Assembly (NCBI GenBank): GCA_907165135.1
Contig: OU015566.1
Coordinates: 10,602,001 to 10,666,000 of the forward strand
Length of the DNA: 64,000 nucleotides
Source: Oikopleura dioica
Lineage: Eukaryota; Animalia; Chordata
Direction of reading: 5' to 3'
Each line of letters opens with the position of its first letter. The first letter of the stretch is position 1. A program made the position numbers and the translations under genes. The notes under the pieces are model-generated. The model searched no databases. It was not told the origin of the DNA and saw only the letters and a list, made by a program, of their open reading frames with translations. Positions 47,696-57,343 of this stretch are shown one piece after another.

Positions 47696-49801
47696 TTATT
47701 TCATCTCAGAAATAGGAATAACAACATTCAATTCATTTTCATAATATCGCCTAGATTGAGGATGACCGAATGAATTCACCAACGAAAATGTGGGAACTCT
47801 TGCTCCCTGATGTATTTGAGTAACTTGAAACAAATCTCTTGACCATTTCTCTTTAAAACCTTTGACAAAATTCTTTTTAGAATTAGCGGATCTTGCTATT
47901 CTTACAACGTCGCCTAATCCTACAAGCGATTTTCGCTTTTTATTATAAAGAGATCTTTTTTGTTCAAGATAATCAAATAAAACACGGGCATTTTTACGCG
48001 TTATAACAGAAGGAGCAACTCCAATAGTCGAATGCACAGAATTATTAATAGCTGTGTTGACTTCTTGAAGTATGTGGATCCAGCGTTGAACGCCACCAGA
48101 AGCAGTAAAATAACGACCCAAGCGAGCTTCCAACGTTCCGCTAAAATTTTTTGTTAGAGTAAAAATCACTTATAAAATACTCACTTGAATCGCTCGACAA
48201 GAGCCGCCTTGTGCCTACCCTGAAGATGAACAGGTGTCATCGACCAACGGGCAAGCAAATCATAAGTATCTTTTTCAAATTCAACGCCTTGATCAGAACA
48301 AAAAAGTGTGTCCAGGAAGATCTTCGCCTATTTTAACAAAAATTGATTCCAATTCTTTGGCAATTTCAGCAGATTTAAGAGATACTAAAGGAGCAACAAA
48401 ACTTTTACGCGAAAGACCATCAATAACAGTGAGAATATATTTGTAGCCATTGTTTAAATGGGCATAATTTTTGAACGCTGCAATAGTGTCGGAAAACAAA
48501 CATGTAAACAAACCAGTAGCGATAATTGGATTACGCTCGAAATTTGATTTAAATGGTTTATGTAAAGATATAGCATTATTCATACGTTTAAAGCGAGCCA
48601 AATTCATACCACTATAAAAAGAAGGGTTTTTACTATTATAAAACAAATCAAGGGCTGGACTTGAACGTTGAGAAAAAAGCGGCGCCTCAAAAGTTGCGCT
48701 GTTAACCCCAGAAGTTGTCGATGTCTGCTCCCCCACTTCCTCTTCCGCCGCTGGGGCCTCCGTCGCCGCCGATTGATTCATTCTCGTCAATGTAGAGTCG
48801 ATCGTCATCGGACTCCTCATCTGATCGAGATTCAATCCCGTCTGGGTCATAATAGTGGGATTTTTTGATTGCGCTTGAAGTTGGAGAGACGGTGTTCTTA
48901 CTAGACGATTTGGGTTTATTAGCGAGTTTTCGCGATTTTGCGTCTCGAACGGTAGTGACACGTCCAGCGGTTCTCTTTCGCTTTGATCGCTTTGAAATGC
49001 GTTCACTCTCGTACCCGCCGTCTTCGTTAGGGTCGACGTCGGCGTCGTCATAAGCGTTGTTGTAAAATGGCGTTTGCTCTCTGATGCGGCGTCTTCCGTT
49101 GATTCGGGCAACTCTTGAATTCGATTTGACGCTATTGGCAATAGATTCCGCCTCGGAGATGTCTTCGTCACTTGCAATTGAATCGGAAAACTCAATTGCC
49201 CTTTTTCGTTTCGAGTTCCGATTACTTGCGTTAGAAATTGCACTCCTCCATTTTCGGTAATCATTGCTGGTGATAGGATACTCTTTGAGGCGACTTGGGC
49301 GAAGGAGTGGTTTACGGGGATTTTTCGTAACTGGTTCAGGTTCCGCGAAATTTGATCTTTCCACACGGCCAGATCGCTTTGATTTGACAACTGGACTTGC
49401 TGAATCGGCGTCGGCTCCCCGTCGTTTACGAATTTTGACGCGTCGCGCATCTCTTCGGGCGCTTGTTGCTCGAGTAACGGGCTTTCTTGAAAGCTTACTA
49501 CGCTTAGATCGCGCTTGGAGTTTTTGTCGTCGAGTTTTTGCCTCTTGCTCGAGTTTTTTGATTTTGAATTCTTCCTCGTCTTCCGAGTTTGAGAATTGGT
49601 CAATTTCTGCTTCGCTTTCTCCATCGCTTTCTCCTTCGCTTTCGCTTTCCGATAAGCTTCTTTTTCTGCTTTTTCTCGTTGCTCGATCACTTCCGTAAGG
49701 AATTTCTCTGTTGCATACACCGGCGATAGTGCGGGCGCTCGCGTCCTCGTCGGTCTCATAATCGGGATATGGTTCTGCTTTGGTCTTTGGTGCAATAACA
49801 C
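47696..49801 (-). CDS. int: Retroviral-type (rve/DDE) integrase with long N-terminal extension and C-terminal chromo-like part; one frameshift
   Basis: LFYNSKNPSFYSG, FSDT, YILTVIDGLSR, then in the shifted frame SDQGVEF and KAALVERFNGTL, NNSVHSTIGVAP, KGFKEKWS, YYENEL; 44-nt intron 48141-48184; extra T in a T6 run at ~48300-48305. Confidence 0.93.
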
Positions 49802-49901
49802 GAATTCGATTTGTCTTTGGATTCAGTTCCCAAAATGAAGCAATATTATCCAAAATTGATAATCGAACGAAACAACCACCGTTTACCAGTGCGTTATTCA
49901 T
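48702..49901 (-). CDS. 399-aa R/S/K/D/E-rich protein overlapping the integrase frame
   Basis: ATG directly after a splice acceptor (AAATCAG/GATG); open for 399 codons; mixed acidic and basic tracts. Confidence 0.65.
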   Translation of the reverse strand: MNNALVNGGCFVRLSILDNIASFWELNPKTNRIRVIAPKTKAEPYPDYETDEDASARTIAGVCNREIPYGSDRATRKSRKRSLSESESEGESDGESEAEIDQFSNSEDEEEFKIKKLEQEAKTRRQKLQARSKRSKLSRKPVTRATSARRDARRVKIRKRRGADADSASPVVKSKRSGRVERSNFAEPEPVTKNPRKPLLRPSRLKEYPITSNDYRKWRSAISNASNRNSKRKRAIEFSDSIASDEDISEAESIANSVKSNSRVARINGRRRIREQTPFYNNAYDDADVDPNEDGGYESERISKRSKRKRTAGRVTTVRDAKSRKLANKPKSSSKNTVSPTSSAIKKSHYYDPDGIESRSDEESDDDRLYIDENESIGGDGGPSGGRGSGGADIDNFWG

Positions 49902-50141
49902 CCTGATTTAAAAAAATAGCAAAATAAATTAAATTTACGACTTACCTTGGGTCAAATTGCAGTTTTTACTGTTTGCGGCTTCTTCTTCAGAAGAATAATT
50001 ATAAATGAATAAATACAAACAAAAATTATATTATATAATTATAAAAATGGTGCTAAGACGACAATCACGCCACCATGCGGATTTTATAAATAAGTGAGTA
50101 TAAATACTCTTGCTCTTGCACCATTCTATCACAACTCAAAA

Positions 50142-50567
50142 ATGTTTCAACATCTTAATTTTGATCAACTTCAACAAATCAGCGCCAAGTCAAAACGAGC
50201 TAGAATTTTGAAATCAAACTTCAACCATCACGTCATCAAAACAAAGGAGCAATATTACATCAAGGCAAGCATTGCGGAACTTGTTGACGCTGAAGGAGAA
50301 GAAAAGTTCGGCATTGAAAAATTGGAGCTTAACAAGACGGCTACCTTTGCGCTAATTGAGAATAATTTCAATCTTGACTGTCCGAAAACACGCAACTGGT
50401 TCAAAAAAGAAGTGCCAGAAGCTCTTCGAAGAGAAAACACTCTTATCGTCTCAATCTACGAGTACCAGCCTCAAGCCGAAGAGTACAAAGGCAAATACAT
50501 CACCGATCCTGAATCTCAGATCGACGGGCGATTCGTCATCTGTGGATTGAAATGCCCCAGCATATAA
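50142..50567 (+). CDS. Small Polinton orphan protein upstream of the ATPase
   Basis: ORF of ~141 aa from ATG 50142; overlaps the ATPase start by 16 nt. Confidence 0.65.
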   Translation: MFQHLNFDQLQQISAKSKRARILKSNFNHHVIKTKEQYYIKASIAELVDAEGEEKFGIEKLELNKTATFALIENNFNLDCPKTRNWFKKEVPEALRRENTLIVSIYEYQPQAEEYKGKYITDPESQIDGRFVICGLKCPSI

Positions 50568-51283
50568 TCAAATGGGTGCCCGATCCGCGCTTTCAACATC
50601 CTAGCGCGCTTCTTATATCGGGAACCACTGGTGCAGGTAAAAGTTATTTTGTAAAAAATATTATTGAGAAAGAGGGGATAGTAGGAGACATTAAACATAT
50701 TTATTATTTTATGCCTAGATTAGAAAACTTGGATATTCAACCATTGGCTCATCAACAATTATACCTGATGGAAGGTTTGCCTTCTAAAAACTGGGTTGAT
50801 GATACATTTAAAAGTGAAAATAAAAATTGTATGATAATTGTTGATGATATGTGGTCTAAATGCGTAGAAGATCCAGTCATTGAATATCTTTTAACATATG
50901 GTCGTAGGCACTTCAATGTCTCGCTCATCTTTATCGCTCAAAACTTTTACGAAAAGAGTCGAAAGGCGATCACTCTCAGGTACGTTGTTTACATGTTTGC
51001 AATTTTATTAAACCTTATATTTAGAAACTGTATGACTGCATATGTTTTATTCAAAAATAATACCGACACTGGTATGAATAAAACAATTGCAACGAAAACA
51101 GGAGAAGTGGACGCCTACAATTCAGCAATGAAACTCTTTAAAGAAAGAAGAATTCCTGCCTACTCGTACGTTATATTCAATCGAGATACCATAAACATGG
51201 ATCAAGCTACTGTACTTACAAATTACTTTGGTGAAATACCAGGTCTTGGACCTTGGTTATGGATTTTCGGGTATAATGACTGA
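50552..51283 (+). CDS. A32/FtsK-HerA-like genome-packaging ATPase
   Basis: DPRFQHP, Walker A GTTGAGKS, Walker B MIIVDD, GRRHFNVSLIFIAQN; removing a 45-nt intron (50980-51024) gives ITLRNCMTAYVLFKN, closer to the family pattern. Confidence 0.93.
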   Translation: MPQHIIKWVPDPRFQHPSALLISGTTGAGKSYFVKNIIEKEGIVGDIKHIYYFMPRLENLDIQPLAHQQLYLMEGLPSKNWVDDTFKSENKNCMIIVDDMWSKCVEDPVIEYLLTYGRRHFNVSLIFIAQNFYEKSRKAITLRYVVYMFAILLNLIFRNCMTAYVLFKNNTDTGMNKTIATKTGEVDAYNSAMKLFKERRIPAYSYVIFNRDTINMDQATVLTNYFGEIPGLGPWLWIFGYND

Positions 51284-51287
51284 TTTG

Positions 51288-51318
<31 letters not shown>

Positions 51319-51498
51319 AATAAAATTGGGCATGTAAATAACTCGTTGTTTTTATTTTTGTTTATTTCATTGATAGAATGAATTGGGAATATGTCGTTTT
51401 TCAAGTTTGGTCAAAAAAAGATTGAATATTATTTTATCAAATTGGCAAAGAATCAAATAAAATAAAGAATGATCGAGGCAAGTCGCGCATTATGGTGT

Positions 51499-51816
51499 TT
51501 AGAGCAATCGCAATTGAGTATACTTGAATCGAACAGAGTAGCTCCGACGAATGGTGGCATATTTCAAAGTCTCCTCATCGTAAGTTGACGGTAAGCAAAT
51601 GGGTTCCTCTTTTGAGATGCGTTTTACAGATGCAACGGAAGCAGCTGTAATTGCTCCAACAGGTTTGATTTCTTCCGCATCGCAAAAGCATTCTTCAATC
51701 TCACTAACTGGATATCGAAGAGTAGTCACGATTGGATTTGCTTTTTTGAAAAATTTGACAATTCTTTTAGTAAAAGACTTTTTCTCTGGCTGAATTTTTT
51801 CAATCTTGACAATCAT
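51499..51816 (-). CDS. Small Polinton orphan ORF (105 aa)
   Basis: ATG-initiated ORF in AT-rich context; no motif recognised. Confidence 0.45.
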   Translation of the reverse strand: MIVKIEKIQPEKKSFTKRIVKFFKKANPIVTTLRYPVSEIEECFCDAEEIKPVGAITAASVASVKRISKEEPICLPSTYDEETLKYATIRRSYSVRFKYTQLRLL

Positions 51817-52590
51817 GATTGAAAATTTTTGTCGTTGTTCTGTCGTTGGTTTGTTTGTTTGTTTTGACGATTGGTTGTATGATATGAATATGATAGAAAG
51901 CGCTCTGTATTTATAGGCCCCGGCGCTAGAGTTTTTTCCTTTTCAAAAAAAAAGTTTGTTTTGATCTTTGTCATGTTTTCTAATCGCCGATCGAATAAGT
52001 GCATAATTACTGCTTCACCGCCGCCGCTGCCATATGATCTGACCACTGATCGCAATATACAATTAACAGCTACTAAAAATCGGCACTTCCGCTCGCCAAA
52101 GACAATAACAAGCAACAATCTCTCTAGAACACAATATTGACATAAAATGAAAATTTTGTAAACAACCATCGCCCCTTTCTTGGCTAAAGGGTGAGAGTGT
52201 TAAACTACAAAGAGAGTTGCTCGAGTTCGAATCTCGACATGAACATACGAACATATATCAGCTATCAATTCCTCACAATCAAAAAATTTTTTTTATTCAC
52301 AAGCCATAAATAACAGACACAAATGCGACGCTAAATTTTTAAACAACTCGGTCAAACTGATCAAATTAAACTACAAAATGAGTACCCTTCTTTGGTGAAA
52401 GATCTACAAACTACATAACAACCGCACAAACATCAACAAAAAAACACCATTTTTTTCTAGAAAAATAATTGTTTTTATTACAGCTCAACTTTGGAACAGA
52501 TAAAAAGTTTTTGCGCGCGCTTGAATCGGTGGTGGTGGTGGTGGTCTTGTATCTGCTCACTTGGAGCGTAGAGGTGATGGTGGTGGTGGT

Positions 52591-53217
52591 TTACTGACGG
52601 TTGTTCATGCCGGGGCCATCGACGGCGAAAGATCGACCTGACCGCGTGGTGATGACGACTCGGGATGCGCCAGAACGGAGATCACTCCACAAATGGTGGA
52701 AAGCCCGTTCATAGGACTCCTCCAATCGAAGAAGTTCGGTCTTCAACAGGTCTCGGCCAGCGGCATCCAAATTTGACGCAAGAGCGTCGTAGATTGCTTG
52801 CCAGGAGGGTTCGCGTGGGAGAGCTTCCTGGTCGAGAGGCTGCTCACCAGGGAGAACAACTGTTTCGGGTCCTTAAAAAATATTTAATAATCAAATTACA
52901 AAGATCAAAATATAAACTTACGTCGAGACCCCACAGAAGATTGGAGAAGTTTTCCCAATTTCTGCTTGGATTTTTGGGCAAAAGCCCGGAGAGGAGCCTG
53001 TTCCCGATCGCGGTTGCCACCGGCGCGACCAGTTTCCACGCTCTCCGTTTCCATATCGGCGGTGGTGGTGGTGGGATCCTCGTGGATGGTGGCCGAAGAG
53101 ACGGTTGGGGTGTCGAGAAGTTCGACGGCATTCGCTAGGTTAGCTTGCGCCAAACCAATGCTTTGTCGAACCTTGTTCTTCGAAGCTCTGGTTTTAGCAG
53201 AGGTGCTGGCTCGCTAA
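52591..53217 (-). CDS. Polinton orphan gene, spliced (5' exon not located)
   Basis: Exon after TTTAG (RASTSAKTRASKNK...VGSR), GTAAG intron, in-frame exon PETVVLPGEQ...GMNNRQ* (stop 52591-52593). Confidence 0.6.
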
Positions 53218-54306
53218 ATTATTTTTTATTTACTTGTTTGGCGTAAAAAATTAGCGGATGATAACCATTTAATTTAAGTTTCATTTTAATTTAAGTTGAA
53301 AAAGTTTATGAAAATTTGTGTTTTTTAATGATTATGGTGTTAGAGTTTGACGAACTAAATTTAAGAATGATGATTTATATTAAGTTTCAGATTTTTAAGT
53401 TTTTTAAGTTTATAAAGATATTATTTTTGTTTAGTTTTATAGTGTTTGATCCTAACTCCATTAAGGTTGCTAAAGATGAGTGATTATTTTGATCAAATTT
53501 ATATTCGGTCATTTTGTATAAAAAAATTTTTTCATTTAACAAATTTATAGTATTTAGATTGCGGAAATGCGTGTGAACTTGTGTGTACTTACGACCATGG
53601 CGAAAGGTGGGGGTAGGTAGGGCAAAGTCAGGTGACGACGCGCGAGAACTGGAAATTGAGAAAAAATCGAAAAACGACTTTTCTCTTTGCTGTTCCAAAG
53701 CAAACTGACGTGTTTTCATCTCTTGCCCTGAGGTAAGCAGCTGTTCTAGAGAAAAATTTGCTTGTTTTTCTTGGAAATGGAGAAAATTACCACGAATTTG
53801 AAAAACAAAAACAAGTGATTCTAGAAGCGTCTCGATGCGATTGCAGACCAATGGTGGTGGTGGTGGGGCTTGGCCCGCGGCGGGATAATTATCTTTGGCA
53901 AATCGATAACAAATCCGAATGGCATTTGATCAGTCTACAAAATACAAAATAGAGAAAACACGCTTTTTACTTTTTTTTGTTTTTTTTCTTCTTGAAGAAT
54001 GAATAATGCAACAGAGGATGATGATCTTTTTTTCGATAAAGATGGTCTAAACGTTTTGAATTTCTCTTTTAATTATTTTCAGATATGATACGATTATTTG
54101 AAATCGATAAAAGAGTATTCCCGCCAGTCTGGTTTCTAAACAAAGAAGATACATATGAAAATCGAAAAGAATATTATGAATATATGAAACGATTATGGAA
54201 AACAACGAAAAGACTGCACCCAAACACCTGACTAATTATTTTATTGTACTGTACAAAAAATACACGTCAATTAACATAATTAACACACTTGTTGATCTGA
54301 ACATGC

Positions 54307-54423
54307 CCAGAGGGCGATTTGCAGGGAGCTAAAAGTAGACAAATTTCAAACTGCGCGCCAAACGGTGTTAGCCAATCACAGACAACTTGCATCGCAAGGT
54401 ACCCACCCATAGATATAACTACT
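54307..54423 (-). repeat. Right terminal inverted repeat of the Polinton
   Basis: Ends ...AGATATAACTACT, followed by the TSD CGCAGC. Confidence 0.95.
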
Positions 54424-54750
54424 CGCAGCGCACAGCGCCGCGTTCGCCCTCAGGCATTTCTCTTCCGCGGCTAGGGTGGACGCTGCGTAATCCGCATTTC
54501 TTTCTTTTCAAAGAACTTCTTTCTTTTCAAAGAAAGATTTATAAAATGTCCATTGATATTAAAAATTAAAAAAATTATACATATACTAATTGTAATTTTT
54601 TGATTTTTCAAAAAATAGATAATAATTTCATTATGAGCCGTAAAGACCATAATTTGCAAATAAAATGGGACAAATTGAATTTAAATAGTAAGGGGTGTGG
54701 GTGGGGTTGGGGACATAACTGAGATTGATCAACTCAGAGTTCAAACCCTT

Positions 54751-55809
54751 CGTCAAGCCCCTTAAATTTAAAAATCATGGAATGGGGCTGAGACGGCCCG
54801 AAGGGCCGTCAAGCCCCTTAAATTTAAAAATCATGGAATGGGGCTGAGACGGCCCGAAGGGCCGTCAAGCCCCTTAAATTTAAAAATCATGGAATGGGGC
54901 TGAGACGGCCCGAAGGGCCGTCAAGCCCCTTAAATTTAAAAATCATGGAATGGGGCTGAGACGGCCCGAAGGGCCGTCAAGCCCCTTAAATTTAAAAATC
55001 ATGGAATGGGGCTGAGACGGCCCGAAGGGCCGTCAAGCCCTTAAATTTAAAAATCATGGAATGGGGCTGAGACGGCCCGAAGGGCCGTCAAGCCCCTTAA
55101 ATTTAAAAATCATGGAATGGGGCTGAGACGGCCCGAAGGGCCGTCAAGCCCTTAAATTTAAAAATCATGGAATGGGGCTGAGACGGCCCGAAGGGCCGTC
55201 AAGCCCTTAAATTTAAAAATCATGGAATGGGGCTGAGACGGCCCGAAGGGCCGTCAAGCCCCTTAAATTTAAAAATCATGGAATGGGGCTGAGACGGCCC
55301 GAAGGGCCGTCAAGCCCCTTAAATTTAAAAATCATGGAATGGGGCTGAGACGGCCCGAAGGGCCGTCAAGCCCCTTAAATTTAAAAATCATGGAATGGGG
55401 CTGAGACGGCCCGAAGGGCCGTCAAGCCCCTTAAATTTAAAAATCATGGAATGGGGCTGAGACGGCCCGAAGGGCCGTCAAGCCCCTTAAATTTAAAAAT
55501 CATGGAATGGGGCTGAGACGGCCCGAAGGGCCGTCAAGCCCCTTAAATTTAAAAATCATGGAATGGGGCTGAGACGGCCCGAAGGGCCGTCAAGCCCCAT
55601 TAAATTTAAAAATCAGGGAAGGGGGCTGAGACGGCCCGAAGGGCCGTCAAGCCCTTAAATTTAAAAATCATGGAATGGGGCTGAGACGGCCCGAAGGGCC
55701 GTCAAGCCCCTTAAATTTAAAAATCATGGAATGGGGCTGAGACGGCCCGAAGGGCCGTCAAGCCCCTTAAATTTAAAAATCATGGAATGGGGCTGAGACG
55801 GCCCGAAGG
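54751..55809. repeat. 56-bp tandem minisatellite, ~19 copies, each a hairpin; inside the hAT element
   Basis: Unit GGGGCTGAGACGGCCCGAAGGGCCGTCAAGCCCCTTAAATTTAAAAATCATGGAAT; near-identical copies with no spacers. Confidence 0.97.
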
Positions 55810-56527
55810 AAATGAGTCATTTCAAATGACAGTTCCGAGTTTGAGAGGAGCTGCGTCGTCGGAGAGTGTCTCTAGCTCAATCACTTTGGTCTGGATTTGC
55901 ACAGCCAATTCGACTCCTCAGAAGTTGTTCTTTTAAATGAGTACAAGAAATATGGGGGTTAGAATTATGCTCCGCAAAACTTATTTTCACGTATTTTCCA
56001 AGAAAAATGGAGAAAAATTTTCAATTTATGACTATTTATAATTAATTTATGTATTGTTAGCTATAATTCATTATAATATCATTATTTATATTATGAATTA
56101 TCTATTTAAAGCGTTTAAAAGAAGGATTAGAATATTCCGGCGAAATTGATTGGAATTTTGCGTGGCCACCCCCTATCACGCGCGGTTATGCGTGCGCGCG
56201 CATGATCACGTAACAGAAAAATATTGCCAAAAAAGGCAGTTTTTTGTTAATTCTAGGGAAACCGTAGATGCTTCCCAAAATTTTTTTATCAAATAATGGT
56301 CAGAAAACTCTACTGATCATCCCCTTTTTCAAATTTTTAATTTTGGGCTGACTAACATGCTCAACCCATTTTTTGCCATTTTTGGGGCTTGTTTTCTCGT
56401 CAACCCTCTATATTTTTGAAAAATTTTTAAAGAAGATATTTCATATTTAACCTTATCTATCATATATCTAAAATTGAGAAAGATACAATAAGTATTTCGA
56501 GCACTTGATTTTTGGGCGCGAACCCTA

Positions 56528-56821
56528 CAGATAAACGACGAGAACTAAAATGTTTAATTCCAAAACATGAACTGCAAACAATCGTTAACCGTTGAAAAAT
56601 ACCAGTACTGAAAAAATACCATCTCCAGCTGTTACTCGCCAAGAAATTTCTTCCTCCTTCGCAAGCTCAAGCAGACTTCCGTCTTCATGAACCGTTGTGT
56701 TGATCGATTTCAAGCTCAGGATCAAGATTCCAAAGGAAGCGCAAGAAAGTAAAAGAGCTGCGATTTGAAGGCTTTCTATGAACTCGAAAATTGTCTTATG
56801 AATCGAATAAATTTCTTTCAA
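56528..56821 (-). pseudogene. 5' part of the interrupted four-transmembrane host gene
   Basis: ORF 56585-56821 (MKEIYSIHK...IAALLLSCASFGILIL...IFSVLVFFN), a ~45-nt intron, then an exon cut by the hAT TIR. Confidence 0.75.
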
Positions 56822-57343
56822 GTTCGTTTCTTAGGAGAAAATTCCGGTTGTCCGCCTTGTTGGTGTTCATTTGTCTAAGCGAGCACATGCTTCTCTTTTT
56901 TTAATTTCTCTCTTAATTTCTTCTTTTTTACAATATTTTTAATTCGTGTCTTCTCGTCAAGTCCGTATTTTTTTTATTTCAATCAGACTGGTACGCATAA
57001 TAATGCGCTCTATCACAATCGGACAGCTTGACGATCCAACCGCTCTCAGAACTATTCTCCGCATAATCGTGTCATCGATAATCAGCAGAAAAAAAAGTGT
57101 TAAATGATCCATTTTATTATATCATATAACTTATATGTGAACCTATAAATCACTCTGAGCTGCCAGCTAATAAACTTGTTAAACCTTTACAACGTAGTTT
57201 TAGCGGTTTAAATATGCGCAAATGAAAGTTCAATTTTTCCAAAGTGCATTTTTTGTAACTAAGGGTTAGACTTGCATCAAGCATTTGGACTTTTCTCATC
57301 GACTAAACTATACTTCTCCATGTTCCATTCTGCGAATTGAGAG

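Larger units (their letters stand above)
17272..54423. mobile_element. Complete Polinton/Maverick (polintovirus-like endogenous dsDNA virus), 37,152 bp
   Basis: Termini AGTAGTTATATCTATGGGTGGGTACC... and ...GGTACCCACCCATAGATATAACTACT; 6-bp TSD CGCAGC (17266-17271, 54424-54429); encodes pPolB, integrase, packaging ATPase and major capsid protein. Confidence 0.97.
16955..56527. mobile_element. Non-autonomous hAT-type element (~2.4 kb of its own sequence) hosting the Polinton
   Basis: 19-bp TIR TAGGGTTCGCGCCCAAAAA at 16955 and its reverse complement ending at 56527; 8-bp TSD CAGATAAA at 16947-16954 and 56528-56535; weaker subterminal similarity (AGGGTTGA(A/C)GAGA). No transposase seen. Confidence 0.88.

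Noticed and set aside
17272-54423. Rb-binding LxCxE oncoprotein motif
   Set aside because: No exact LxCxE found in the translated ORFs I inspected; nearest are LSACDE and TLCIE.
54751-55809. CRISPR array
   Set aside because: Units are near-identical end to end with no unique spacers, no cas genes are present, and the context is eukaryotic.
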